Part shown: piece by piece, positions 49,479 to 58,482 of the stretch
Layout of the letters: every line of letters begins with the position of its first letter
Position numbering within the stretch: position 1 is the first letter of the stretch
Origin: Gemmatimonadota bacterium
GTDB taxonomy: Bacteria; Gemmatimonadota; Gemmatimonadetes; Longimicrobiales; Gaopeijiaceae
Assembly: GCA_039589315.1 (NCBI GenBank)
Contig: JBDHHQ010000015.1
Span: forward strand, 63,703-127,702
Direction: 5' to 3'
DNA: 64,000 bases
Position numbers and translations under genes: made by a program
The notes under the pieces: generated by a model
What the model saw: only the letters and a program-made list of their open reading frames with translations
The model's database searches: none
Told to the model about the DNA's origin: nothing

Positions 49479-50213
49479 ATGGAGGTGCAAGTCTCCTTCG
49501 CGTTGGCCTTTTTCGCTGGCGTCGTCTCGTTCCTTTCCCCTTGCGTCCTGCCCGTCGTACCGAGCTACCTGACGTTCATTTCCGGCTTCACGCTCGAGGA
49601 GCTCCAGGAGGGGAGCGTGAAGGGTGCTCGGCGCAGCGCAGCGCTCCACGCCCTTTCCTTCGGCTTCGGGTTCGGAGCCGTGTTCATGACTCTGGGCTTG
49701 GCCGCCACGGCGTTCGGCCGCTCCTTGAACCAGTGGCTACCGCTCGTGAGTCGGGGCGGTGGGGTCATCGTCCTGGTCTTCGGTCTCTATCTCCTGGGCG
49801 TCTTGCGCGTGCCAAGTCTGGCGCGAGAGTGGCGACTGCACCTTTCCTCGAAGCCGGCAGGTCTCCTGGGATCGTTTCTCGTCGGTGTGGCCTTCGGCGC
49901 CGGGTGGACCCCATGCATCGGGCCGATCCTCGGCACCATCCTCCTCTACGCAGGGTTGGAGGGAACCGTGGTCCAGGGCATGGGACTTCTTGCCGTGTAC
50001 GGGGCTGGCTTGGGCTTGCCCTTCGTTCTCGCCGCCGTCGGATTCAACTGGTTCCTGGCTGGTTTCGAGCGAATGCGGAGGTGGGCCGGCCCACTCGAGA
50101 AGGTGGCAGGGGTCTTGCTGGTGGTGGTCGGGTTCCTGATGTTGACCGGACAGTTCGCTGCGCTATCCGCCACCCTCGCCGACATGGGGCAGCTGATCAA
50201 CCTGGAGCTTTGA
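49479..50213 (+). CDS. ccdA: Cytochrome c biogenesis protein CcdA
   Basis: SFLSPCVLP and GWTPCIGP; about 6 TM. Confidence 0.93.
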   Translation: MEVQVSFALAFFAGVVSFLSPCVLPVVPSYLTFISGFTLEELQEGSVKGARRSAALHALSFGFGFGAVFMTLGLAATAFGRSLNQWLPLVSRGGGVIVLVFGLYLLGVLRVPSLAREWRLHLSSKPAGLLGSFLVGVAFGAGWTPCIGPILGTILLYAGLEGTVVQGMGLLAVYGAGLGLPFVLAAVGFNWFLAGFERMRRWAGPLEKVAGVLLVVVGFLMLTGQFAALSATLADMGQLINLEL

Positions 50214-50995
50214 TGGCGATCGGAATCTCTCGACGGACGGCGTTCAGCGGGCTCGCGGTGGTGGGCCTGGTTGTCGCGGCTTGCGGCCAGGGGGACCTGG
50301 AAGAGCGGACACGGCAGGCTGCCGAGGCGCTGGATGCCTCCGGCCAGGGCGTCGGTGTGTCCACTTCCGAGGGAATCGCCGGCTCGAGGCCACCAGAGAG
50401 AGCGCCGGAGACCCGCCGACCGACTGCAGACCGGCCCGTGGACCTCACCGATCTCGGATACACGTTCGGTGATCCCGAGGCTCCGGTGCGGATCATCGAG
50501 TTCAGCGACTTCGGCTGTGGCTACTGCCGTCGATTCCACATGGAGTCCTACCCCGACCTCATCGCGGAGTATGTGGAAACCGGCAAGGTGGCATGGCAGT
50601 ACGTGCCATACGTGCTCGGGATCTTCCCTCATGGCCTCGAGTCTGCCACCGCCGGGGAGTGCGCGGTCGAGCAGGAGATGCTTCAGGCTTTTGGGGCACG
50701 CATGTTCGAGGACCAGGCGGAGTGGAAGAATGAACAAGGGGCCGTCCGACACATCTTCGTGCGATACGCCAGGGAAGAGGGCCTGGACGCCGATCGGTTC
50801 GAGCAGTGCCTCGACGAAGACTGGCGGCGGGATCAGGTCCGGCAGAACATCCTGGCAGGTGGGCGGTTGGGCGTGCGCGGAACGCCGACGTTCTTCATTC
50901 CGGGCTATCAGCCCCTGCAGGGCGCGCTACCTAAGGAGATCTTCCAGCAGATTCTGGAGTATGTGCTCTCCGAGGACGCCGAGCCGGCTCAGTAG
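50213..50995 (+). CDS. DsbA-family thioredoxin-fold lipoprotein
   Basis: VAAC lipobox, EFSDFGCGYC, GVRGTPTF; TGATG overlap with ccdA. Confidence 0.88.
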   Translation: MAIGISRRTAFSGLAVVGLVVAACGQGDLEERTRQAAEALDASGQGVGVSTSEGIAGSRPPERAPETRRPTADRPVDLTDLGYTFGDPEAPVRIIEFSDFGCGYCRRFHMESYPDLIAEYVETGKVAWQYVPYVLGIFPHGLESATAGECAVEQEMLQAFGARMFEDQAEWKNEQGAVRHIFVRYAREEGLDADRFEQCLDEDWRRDQVRQNILAGGRLGVRGTPTFFIPGYQPLQGALPKEIFQQILEYVLSEDAEPAQ

Positions 50996-51079
50996 CCCCG
51001 AGGCCGCCACTCGACCGCGTGTGGCCTGAGCTCCTGTGACCACCGATTGTGCCGAGGCGAGCCCGCCAGCGGGAGCACG

Positions 51080-52009
51080 GTGACCACACTGAACCCCAAC
51101 CGGAGCGGGGCGCCCCTGAACAGCTACCGCTGCACCCCAGCGCTTGTGATACTCCCGATGTTGGCCGCCTGCAGTGGGCAAGCGAGCGAGATCGTCGACG
51201 AGGCGGTCCTGTCGTGCGTCGAGCTGGATACGGGTATCGCTCTCCCGGACGGGGTCCTTGAAACCAGCGGCGCCGCGATCGCCCGACGCCCGCCTGCGGC
51301 CATCTGGACCCACAACGACTCCGGCGGAGAGCCCGCGGTCGTCGCGGTAGGCCTGGACGGCGGCCTTCTCGGTGTGGTGACGGTGGCCGGCGCCGTGAAC
51401 ATCGACTGGGAGGACATGGAGGTGGCCTCCTGTGACGCCGGGTCCTGCCTTTACCTCGCAGACATAGGTGACAACAGCGAGCGGCGGGACGAGGTCGTCG
51501 TGTACCGCGTGCCAGAGCCGCTGCCCTCGGACGACACGACGGCGCGGGCCGACGTCCTCCGCCTCGTGCTCCCCGACGGTCCCCGGGACGCGGAAGCCAT
51601 CTTCGTGCTGCCGGGCGAGCGGCTCTTCCTGGTCACCAAGGGCCGAAGCCACCCCACCGAGGTCTACCGCTACCCGGGGGAGCTCCGACCTGGCCAGACC
51701 GTCACGTTGGAATGGGTGCAGTCCCTCTCTGCCTCGGAGCCGTCGCCACCCGACCAGGTGACGGGAGCCTCGGCGTCCCCCGACGGCACGCTCGTGGCGA
51801 TCCGGACGTACACGTCCCTCTCTCTCTACCGCGTCGACGGCGAGGCGCTCCAGGCGTCGCCCGTCCTGACTCAGAGCCTCCTTACCCTCAGGGAGCCCCA
51901 GGGAGAGGCCGTCGCGCTGGGTGACGAGCATTGGGTCGTTCTAACGTCCGAAGCCGCCCAGGGGAACGCACCGTCCATGAACTTCATCCGCTGCCCGGTT
52001 CCCGACTGA
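51080..52009 (+). CDS. Putative beta-propeller lipoprotein
   Basis: LAAC lipobox, ETSG, WTHNDSG, DWEDM, LADIGDN, DAEA, QGEAV. Confidence 0.75.
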   Translation: MTTLNPNRSGAPLNSYRCTPALVILPMLAACSGQASEIVDEAVLSCVELDTGIALPDGVLETSGAAIARRPPAAIWTHNDSGGEPAVVAVGLDGGLLGVVTVAGAVNIDWEDMEVASCDAGSCLYLADIGDNSERRDEVVVYRVPEPLPSDDTTARADVLRLVLPDGPRDAEAIFVLPGERLFLVTKGRSHPTEVYRYPGELRPGQTVTLEWVQSLSASEPSPPDQVTGASASPDGTLVAIRTYTSLSLYRVDGEALQASPVLTQSLLTLREPQGEAVALGDEHWVVLTSEAAQGNAPSMNFIRCPVPD

Positions 52010-52067
52010 CCTACCGCCGATCGGCAGTGCGACGATAGCACGTCCAGGATTGCCGGCGGTCGAGCTC

Positions 52068-52112
52068 TTGACCTCGAGAGGGCTGGCGATTATAGTTGTC
52101 TATTACAACTAT
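52068..52112 (+). promoter_or_regulatory. Sigma70 promoter TTGACC-17-TATAGT overlapped by operator ATAGTTGT-CTATT-ACAACTAT
   Basis: Perfect 8-5-8 inverted repeat at 52092-52112 covering the -10 element. Confidence 0.75.
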
Positions 52113-52122
52113 TGGAGCCGAC

Positions 52123-52677
52123 ATGCCAGACACAGCGCGCACGCGGGAGGCCCGAGGGACCACGGACATCCCCATCTACGGCCGGCCGGGCGTCAATCTG
52201 GCGGACCGTGAGCTTCTCGCCGACGCAATGCTGCTGCGCGGTGCGCTCACTGACATCATCCGCGTTGCTCAGTTCCGGGATCGAGACCGGGTCTGCTGCT
52301 ACGACGTCTCGGTAAGCCAGTGCTACGCCCTCGAGGCCACAGTGGATGATGGCGCGTCCACCGTGAACGACCTGGCGGCTCATCTGTACCTGGACAAGAG
52401 CACCGCGAGCCGGTTGGCCAATTCGCTCGTGGACAAGGGCTATCTGCGCCGGGTGCCCAACGACCAGGACCGGCGGTCGATCGTGCTCGAGCCGACAGCT
52501 CGGGCCAGAAAGCTGGTCGAACGAATCAAGCGGGACCTGGCGGGTGAGTACATGGACATCCTCTCCGAGCTCGACGCCGACACGCGGCGTTCCATCACGC
52601 GGGTGGTCGGTCGTCTGGCGACTGCCTTCGCGTCGCGCGTGGAGACCTCTGGTGGAAGCTGCTGTGTGATTCGGTAA
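52123..52677 (+). CDS. MarR-family regulator with two vicinal Cys pairs
   Basis: VNDLAAHLYLDKSTASRLANSLVDKGYLRR, DRRS; VCCYD...SQC and C-terminal SCC. Confidence 0.9.
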   Translation: MPDTARTREARGTTDIPIYGRPGVNLADRELLADAMLLRGALTDIIRVAQFRDRDRVCCYDVSVSQCYALEATVDDGASTVNDLAAHLYLDKSTASRLANSLVDKGYLRRVPNDQDRRSIVLEPTARARKLVERIKRDLAGEYMDILSELDADTRRSITRVVGRLATAFASRVETSGGSCCVIR

Positions 52678-52737
52678 AGCACCTTGGGCGTGCCACGGCG
52701 CCGCCGGTATCGGTCGGCGCCATCTTGGTGATCGTGC

Positions 52738-52754
52738 AGTTGTGATACACAACT
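52738..52754 (+). promoter_or_regulatory. Second operator AGTTGT-GATAC-ACAACT upstream of arsM
   Basis: Same 6-5-6 palindrome as upstream of marR. Confidence 0.72.
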
Positions 52755-52774
52755 AATTTCAAGGGAGGTGGGCG

Positions 52775-53593
52775 ATGGAACAGGAGACGATCCGCTCGGC
52801 CGTGCGTGGACGATATGGCGCAATCGCGCGAGGCGAGGCGTCAGGGTGTGGGTGCGGACCGGGTTGCTGCGACGGCGAGGCGGAGGCCCTGGCCAGCCTG
52901 GGGCTCGGTTACACGGAAGAGGAGCTTTCCTCCATCCCGAAGGATGCCGACCTCGGTCTGGGCTCGGGCCATCCCACGGCGGCGGCAGACCTTCGTCCCG
53001 GCGAGACCGTGCTCGACCTGGGATCCGGCGGCGGAATCGACTGCTTCCTCGCGGCGGGCAAAGTAGGACCCAAGGGATACGTCATCGGCGTGGACATGAC
53101 GCCGGACATGGTCGCCCGTGCGCGAGAGAACGCCCGGAAGGGCGACCTGGAAAACGTGGAGTTCCGGCTCGGCGAGATCGAGGCGCTTCCTGTTGCCGAC
53201 GCGAGCGTCGACGTGGTCATCTCCAACTGCGTGCTGAATCTGTCGACAGAGCGGCAACGGGCCTTGCAGGAGGCGTTCAGGGTGTTGAAGCCCGGAGGCA
53301 GACTGGTGATCTCCGATCTCGTGTCTGATACCCGGCCACCGGCGGTGCTCGAGGAGTCCCTCGAGATCATGAGCGGGTGCCTGCCCGTGCCGCAGCACGA
53401 ATACGTGGCAAGCCTCGAGGCCGCGGGCTTCTCGGACGTTACGATCACCCGCCAGCGGGCGTTCGCCGCCGAACAGATGCCCGTGGACAACGAGGCCCTC
53501 GAGCGCCTCGAGGCGGGGGCTGTGGGCTCGGGAGAGCTCACGGCGTATGCCAGCTCGGCGAGATCCGCGATCCTCACGGCCCACAAGGCCTAG
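52775..53593 (+). CDS. arsM: Arsenite S-adenosylmethionine methyltransferase
   Basis: VRGRYGAIA, CGCGPGCC, VLDLGSGGGIDC, IGVDMT, VISNCVLNL, SGC. Confidence 0.87.
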   Translation: MEQETIRSAVRGRYGAIARGEASGCGCGPGCCDGEAEALASLGLGYTEEELSSIPKDADLGLGSGHPTAAADLRPGETVLDLGSGGGIDCFLAAGKVGPKGYVIGVDMTPDMVARARENARKGDLENVEFRLGEIEALPVADASVDVVISNCVLNLSTERQRALQEAFRVLKPGGRLVISDLVSDTRPPAVLEESLEIMSGCLPVPQHEYVASLEAAGFSDVTITRQRAFAAEQMPVDNEALERLEAGAVGSGELTAYASSARSAILTAHKA

Positions 53594-53662
53594 TGCGAGA
53601 CACCGCGCCGGCCCGGTGGGCGGTCGTCCCGGCGCACTCCGTGTGCCGGCCAACTGGCCGAA

Positions 53663-53688
53663 TGAATCTTTCCGGCCTGCAACCCGTA
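53663..53688 (+). promoter_or_regulatory. Candidate SigW-like ECF promoter TGAATC-N16-CGTA
   Basis: Matches TGAAAC-N16-CGTA with one mismatch, about 60 nt upstream of the next CDS. Confidence 0.45.
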
Positions 53689-53749
53689 GGGTTGTCGAAG
53701 CGTCTAACGATCTGAGTGGACGATCGAATCGGTCGAAGGGAGTGGGCAA

Positions 53750-54631
53750 ATGGCCTCCAAGTATGACGAGTACGAGAGAGCTTTGACGGGAAAGGTCGAT
53801 CGTGGCCTCTCCCCGTTGGGTTGGGTCGTGGCGGCGGTGATGGGGCTCTTCGTGCTGGGCGGAGTCGCGTTCGCTGCGGTCGCCGCCGTGGCGGTCAATG
53901 AAGCGCGCAACACGGTGGTCGAGTTCGTCGGTGACGAGGACACGCCCACCGTCATCCGAATCGAGGAGATGCAGGAGCTCCGCCATCAGCTGCGCCACGA
54001 GCTCCGCCATGCGGACCGCGAGCGCGTACGGGCTGCCGCGGAGATGGCCCGCACCCTGGCAGCGGCGCAGGTCACCGAAGAGGTCATGAGGGAGCTGCAG
54101 GACTCCTTCGAGGGCTCGCTGACCCTCTCCATCGACGGTGAGACGATCTCCCTCGACATGTTCGGAGACGAGGACGGCGCCGTCTTCACCATGGACCTCG
54201 GCGACGAGGTCTACTCGGTCAAGATCGAGGGGGCGGACGAAGGTGCCCGGCTGATCCTCAGCACGCCCGAGGGTGAGTCGGTCTTCGAGGCCGGTGAAAC
54301 CGCCGAGGCGGCACCGAGCTGGGTACCGCGCTATCCGGGGTCGAGCCATCCGGACCGTGTTTTCAGCGGGGAGATGGCCGGCAAGTCGGGCGGGGCTGAC
54401 CTGTCCGTCACGACCGACGCTCCCCTCGAAGTCGTCCAGCACTTCACGGACGCACTCGAGGGCGAAGGCTTCGAGGTGATGGTAGAGCGCCTCAGCCTGG
54501 ATCACTCCGAGGTCCAGGGCTCCATCGTGGGCAAGCGGGAGTCCGATGGGAAGAGTGTTGCGGTGGTGGTGGTGGAGGAGCACGGAGAGACGAAGGTCCT
54601 GACCCTTTGGGGTGACTCGATCGATCTCTGA
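53750..54631 (+). CDS. Hypothetical single-TM acidic protein
   Basis: GGGAG RBS, TM helix, coiled coil, beta-rich acidic domain with PSWVPRYPG. Confidence 0.75.
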   Translation: MASKYDEYERALTGKVDRGLSPLGWVVAAVMGLFVLGGVAFAAVAAVAVNEARNTVVEFVGDEDTPTVIRIEEMQELRHQLRHELRHADRERVRAAAEMARTLAAAQVTEEVMRELQDSFEGSLTLSIDGETISLDMFGDEDGAVFTMDLGDEVYSVKIEGADEGARLILSTPEGESVFEAGETAEAAPSWVPRYPGSSHPDRVFSGEMAGKSGGADLSVTTDAPLEVVQHFTDALEGEGFEVMVERLSLDHSEVQGSIVGKRESDGKSVAVVVVEEHGETKVLTLWGDSIDL

Positions 54632-54636
54632 TCGCG

Positions 54637-55383
54637 TCAAACGAGGCGCTTGACCGGGGGCGGGGTGCCAGTGGCGCCTCGCCCCCTTTCTTTCCAGCCT
54701 CGCCGGTACACGGCAGAGCTTCGTTGTAGAAGCTCCGCGTACGTGGTCGGCGCTGCGTCAGCCCCCAGCGCGGCCAGCAGGTTCCGTGTCGACTCCAGAA
54801 TGAGATCCTCCTCCGAGAACCGAGCTGGCAGCGGAGTCGCGTCCGGAAAGAGAACGAGGACCTGGAGCGTCGCCAGGAGCTGGAGTAGCGCCAACCGGAC
54901 CCGTGACTCGTCGGGCTGGTGCGAGACGAACAGCAGGGTCAGACGGTCCATCACCAGCTCATCCAGCGACACGGTCTGCTCCATGGCCTCGCCGGCGGGG
55001 CGACGCAGGGCATGCACCAGCGAGGCCCGGATGCGGCCTTCATGCCGTCCGTAGCCACGTACGAGACGTCTGACCACCTCGCCCGCCAGGGCAGGCAGAT
55101 CGGCTTCCGCCCACGCCTCTTCCGTCGCGAAGGCGCTCCAGTCTCGGCGGATGTCCTTCCAGAACTTGTCTCGGAGGTGCGCGAGCAGAGCCTCCCGCCC
55201 GTCGAAACGAGCGTAGAAGGAGCCCGGCCCAACCCCGGACCTGGTCATCACCGCCTTCACGGTGGTCGCGTCGACTCCCTCTTCGGCCAGCAAACTCTCC
55301 GCCGCTGACACGATACGTTCGAGCGTGCGTCGGCTTCGCCCCTGCAACGGGGGTCGCGGTGCGGAAGCAGCGGAGGGACTCAA
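54637..55383 (-). CDS. TetR/AcrR family regulator
   Basis: QGRSRRTLERIVSAA...GVGPGSFYARFDGREAL. Confidence 0.88.
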   Translation of the reverse strand: MSPSAASAPRPPLQGRSRRTLERIVSAAESLLAEEGVDATTVKAVMTRSGVGPGSFYARFDGREALLAHLRDKFWKDIRRDWSAFATEEAWAEADLPALAGEVVRRLVRGYGRHEGRIRASLVHALRRPAGEAMEQTVSLDELVMDRLTLLFVSHQPDESRVRLALLQLLATLQVLVLFPDATPLPARFSEEDLILESTRNLLAALGADAAPTTYAELLQRSSAVYRRGWKERGRGATGTPPPVKRLV

Positions 55384-55408
55384 GGGAGTCGACTGACCTG
55401 ACCTTAGA

Positions 55409-55430
55409 TTGAATTGTAATTATAATTCAA
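55409..55430. promoter_or_regulatory. AT-rich near-perfect palindrome TTGAATTGTAATTATAATTCAA, probable TetR operator/promoter
   Basis: 22-bp inverted repeat with one mismatched pair, just upstream of the TetR start, in GC-rich context. Confidence 0.6.
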
Positions 55431-55563
55431 ATTACAATCTATGCCTCCAAGCTTCAACCAAAGGATGTCGCCCGAGTTGTCTGGGCTCAGCCTGAGGTCC
55501 TCATACGTCACCGGCCGGAGTGGCCGGCCAGAGCAGCGGCTCGCTGGCCTGAGTCAGGCGGAT

Positions 55564-56544
55564 TCAGCCCCAGACGTCAAAGAAGTCGACCCGCTCCCTG
55601 TCCTCCTCATCGGCGGCTTCCTCACGGCCGGGCGGCCGGGGTGGGTCAGCGGACGTGGTATCAGCCTGGATTGGCTGGGAAGCTCCCGACGATGATGTGG
55701 CCGGGGCCATCTCGCCTTCTGCAGCTGCCGTCATGGCGAGGGGAGGCCGTGGCGATTCGGTCAGGGCGGAGGGGGGCGGAGGCTCCGGCACCATCGGTGC
55801 GGCAATGGGTGGCGCCATCAATGCCGGCGGCCCCGGGGCTTCGGCCAACATGGGCAGGGGAGGTGTGACCGGCCCGCCGGGAACGGGTCGGGGCTGGACC
55901 GTTGCTGGCACCCCCGCTTCCACCCGCCGCACCGAGCCGGAGGCGGCCTCCGACCCGAGGTAGGCCAGGAACATGCGAGCCATCTCCTCCACGAGTGCCT
56001 CGGTTCCGCCCGCGGCGGCGGATCGTAATGCCGGTAGCTGATCCAGTGCGCCTGCCATGACCGTATACGCGATCCGCACGGCCTTCTCAGGCTCGGGATG
56101 ACGGAACTCGTTTCGGTACGGGCGGAGGAGCTCGAGGATCCCGGCCAGGACGTGTGCGTGGAACGCCTCGGCGTGTGCGACGGAGCCCGAGGCCGTACCC
56201 AGCACTCGCCGTCGCTCGAGGTCCGCCTTCCGGCTGTCGATCAGCAACCGGACCACACCCGTGACCAGATCTTGCGCGGTGAGCTGCCGTCCCTGGATGT
56301 CGGCCATCGCCTGTTCCCACCGCTGGGTCGCGTCCGTCCAAACGCGCGCTTCCAGATAACCGACGAAGTCATCCTTACCCTCGAACCGAGCGTAGAACGA
56401 GCCTACACTGGATTGAGCGGCGTTGACCACTTCGGACACGGAGGTGCCTTCAACGCCCTGGTCCGCCATCAGGCTCATGGCCGCCTCCACGAGGCGGTCG
56501 AGGGTTCTCCGGCTTCTGGCCTGTTTGGGAGGTCGGAGTGTCAT
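55564..56544 (-). CDS. TetR/AcrR family regulator with Pro/Ala-rich C-terminal extension
   Basis: PPKQARSRRTLDRLVEAA...SVGSFYARFEGKDD; tail ends EEDRERVDFFDVWG. Confidence 0.85.
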   Translation of the reverse strand: MTLRPPKQARSRRTLDRLVEAAMSLMADQGVEGTSVSEVVNAAQSSVGSFYARFEGKDDFVGYLEARVWTDATQRWEQAMADIQGRQLTAQDLVTGVVRLLIDSRKADLERRRVLGTASGSVAHAEAFHAHVLAGILELLRPYRNEFRHPEPEKAVRIAYTVMAGALDQLPALRSAAAGGTEALVEEMARMFLAYLGSEAASGSVRRVEAGVPATVQPRPVPGGPVTPPLPMLAEAPGPPALMAPPIAAPMVPEPPPPSALTESPRPPLAMTAAAEGEMAPATSSSGASQPIQADTTSADPPRPPGREEAADEEDRERVDFFDVWG

Positions 56545-56645
56545 GGTGGCTCGCTGCCGACGTGATTTGGATCTCGGGTTCTAATTAGTTTCCCGTGCCC
56601 GTGGAAGCAACCGTCGGACGGTGGTCGCGCAGCACAGCGGTGGTC

Positions 56646-57362
56646 TCACGACGCCGCGACCTTCTCGGCGAGCGTCACGCCGGCCAGAGTCACCATGCAC
56701 CGGCGCCCCAAGATTCGGACCCCGGCAACCTTCGCTTCCGCAAGTGCGTCGGCGAATTCCGGATCGATGGAGCGAGCAGCCTCGATCCGGTCGGCGTCGG
56801 CACGTTGGAGAATGAACAGCACCGCGGCCTCCCAACCGTCTTCCCGGGCCAGGGCCCCGAGCTCCCGGACATGCCGTGCGCCCCTTTCGGTGATCGCGTC
56901 CGGAAAAAGGGCCACGCCGTCCTCCACGAGGGTGACGCTCTTTACCTCCAGGACCATCTTCGTGGCACGCCCCTGGAGGAGGAAATCGAACCGCGAGCGC
57001 CCGTGGGGGAATTCGGCCCGCTCGAGGCGGTACTCGCCGAACTCAGGCAGGGCGTCCCGCTCCAGCGCTCTGCCGACGAGGCGATTCGGAAGGGTCGTAT
57101 CGAGAGACACCAGCCCTTCGGCGCTTGGCGACTCGACCAGAACGGCGCTCCATTGCGTCTTCCGGTGGGCGCCAGGCGCGGCTCGGATCCACATCCTGAC
57201 TCCGGGAAGCAGCAGCTCCCGGAGCCGGCCTGGGTCGGGCAGGTGCGCTGTGATGACACCGCCCTGTCCGGGCAGGCGAACGTGCACCAGGAAACGACTG
57301 GGCCGCTCGACGAAGGCGCACTCCCTCAGGGGCCCGGGCAAGGGCAAGAAGGTGGGCTTCAA
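56646..57362 (-). CDS. sfsA: DNA/RNA nuclease SfsA
   Basis: RPSRF, AHLPDPGRLRELL, SRFDF, EVKSVTLV, FPDAITERGARH, IDPEFA. TTG 57362 with GGAG inferred. Confidence 0.9.
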   Translation of the reverse strand: MKPTFLPLPGPLRECAFVERPSRFLVHVRLPGQGGVITAHLPDPGRLRELLLPGVRMWIRAAPGAHRKTQWSAVLVESPSAEGLVSLDTTLPNRLVGRALERDALPEFGEYRLERAEFPHGRSRFDFLLQGRATKMVLEVKSVTLVEDGVALFPDAITERGARHVRELGALAREDGWEAAVLFILQRADADRIEAARSIDPEFADALAEAKVAGVRILGRRCMVTLAGVTLAEKVAAS

Positions 57363-57480
57363 CCGGTGGCTCCGATCAGGAGACGACGATCCACTGTAAC
57401 GATGATAGGGCGCTGATAGGGGCACGCTAGCCTCGGTCGTGAACGATCCCAGGCCCATCTGTCCACGGAGGTTGACGCCC

Positions 57481-58362
57481 ATGCCCCGCTCTACCCGCTC
57501 GCCCTTCTCCCTCTTTGCGCCCCCCTACGACCGCCTCGAGCCCTTCGGCGAGTCCATACCTGCCCATGCCCCCGGGCGACTCCCGGCCGGAGAAGCGGTC
57601 GTATGGCAAATGGCGCGGTCCGCCAATGCCCTCGACCTCCAGATCATGCGCGACAGGCCCGGGGGCCTGGCCCTCATCGTCGTGCTTCCGCCCGCTCGCG
57701 AGTTGGTAAGCGAAGCCGATGTGCTGACCATCGTCGAACGCTGCCGACCGCACAGCGTGTTGCCGTTCCACCCGGAGCCCGAGCCCGAGGACCTGGCCGT
57801 GGTGCTTCGACGTCCTCCCGAAGCGCTACCGGTCGATGTCACCGACTACCTCGTTTGGCGGGGTCTCCGGGTGGACGGCGATACTCGACGCTTGATACGC
57901 AGAACTCTCGAGCTCTCAGGGGAGTTGAGAACCGTGAGTGGCTTGTCTCGAGCGCTCTATCTGTCCAGGCGAGCCCTTGGCAGGCGTTTCCTGAGTCGAG
58001 GTCTTCCTGCGCCTTCGCATTGGCTGCAGTTCGGCCGGGTTCTCCGCGCGACCATCCAGCTCCAGACAACTGACGACAGCCTTTTCGCGATTGCGGAGGG
58101 CCTCGGCTACCCGGACGGTTTCGCGCTCAGCAATCAGATGAAGCGATTGACCTCGGTCCGTCCGTCGACGATCCGGGAGTGCCTAGGTTGGGAGTGGGTG
58201 GTAGAGGGATGGCTCGTCGACGAGCGGCGGAGAGGTGGCCTTCACTTCGAACTGAAAGCCACCACCTGGGGGACTTCGCCTCGGACCATCTCGCCCGGCT
58301 CCCCGGGCCAGCCCCCGAGGCGACCAAGACGCGCTGCATTGGCTGGACGAGGCACAAGCTAG
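57481..58362 (+). CDS. AraC-type HTH regulator with degenerate receiver-like N-terminus
   Basis: GGAGG RBS; TVSGLSRALYLSRRALGRRF, PSHWLQFGRVLRA, IAEGLGYPDGFALSNQMKRLT. Confidence 0.82.
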   Translation: MPRSTRSPFSLFAPPYDRLEPFGESIPAHAPGRLPAGEAVVWQMARSANALDLQIMRDRPGGLALIVVLPPARELVSEADVLTIVERCRPHSVLPFHPEPEPEDLAVVLRRPPEALPVDVTDYLVWRGLRVDGDTRRLIRRTLELSGELRTVSGLSRALYLSRRALGRRFLSRGLPAPSHWLQFGRVLRATIQLQTTDDSLFAIAEGLGYPDGFALSNQMKRLTSVRPSTIRECLGWEWVVEGWLVDERRRGGLHFELKATTWGTSPRTISPGSPGQPPRRPRRAALAGRGTS

Positions 58363-58482
58363 GCACCAGTTTGCGGATCTCTCGAGCCGCCCCCCCCGGC
58401 AGCAAGAGCTCCGTTAGAGGCTGTATCGCGCCAATAGGCCGGCACTCCGCATGGGGTGTCGGGAACCGCTTTCCAGTGGCTC

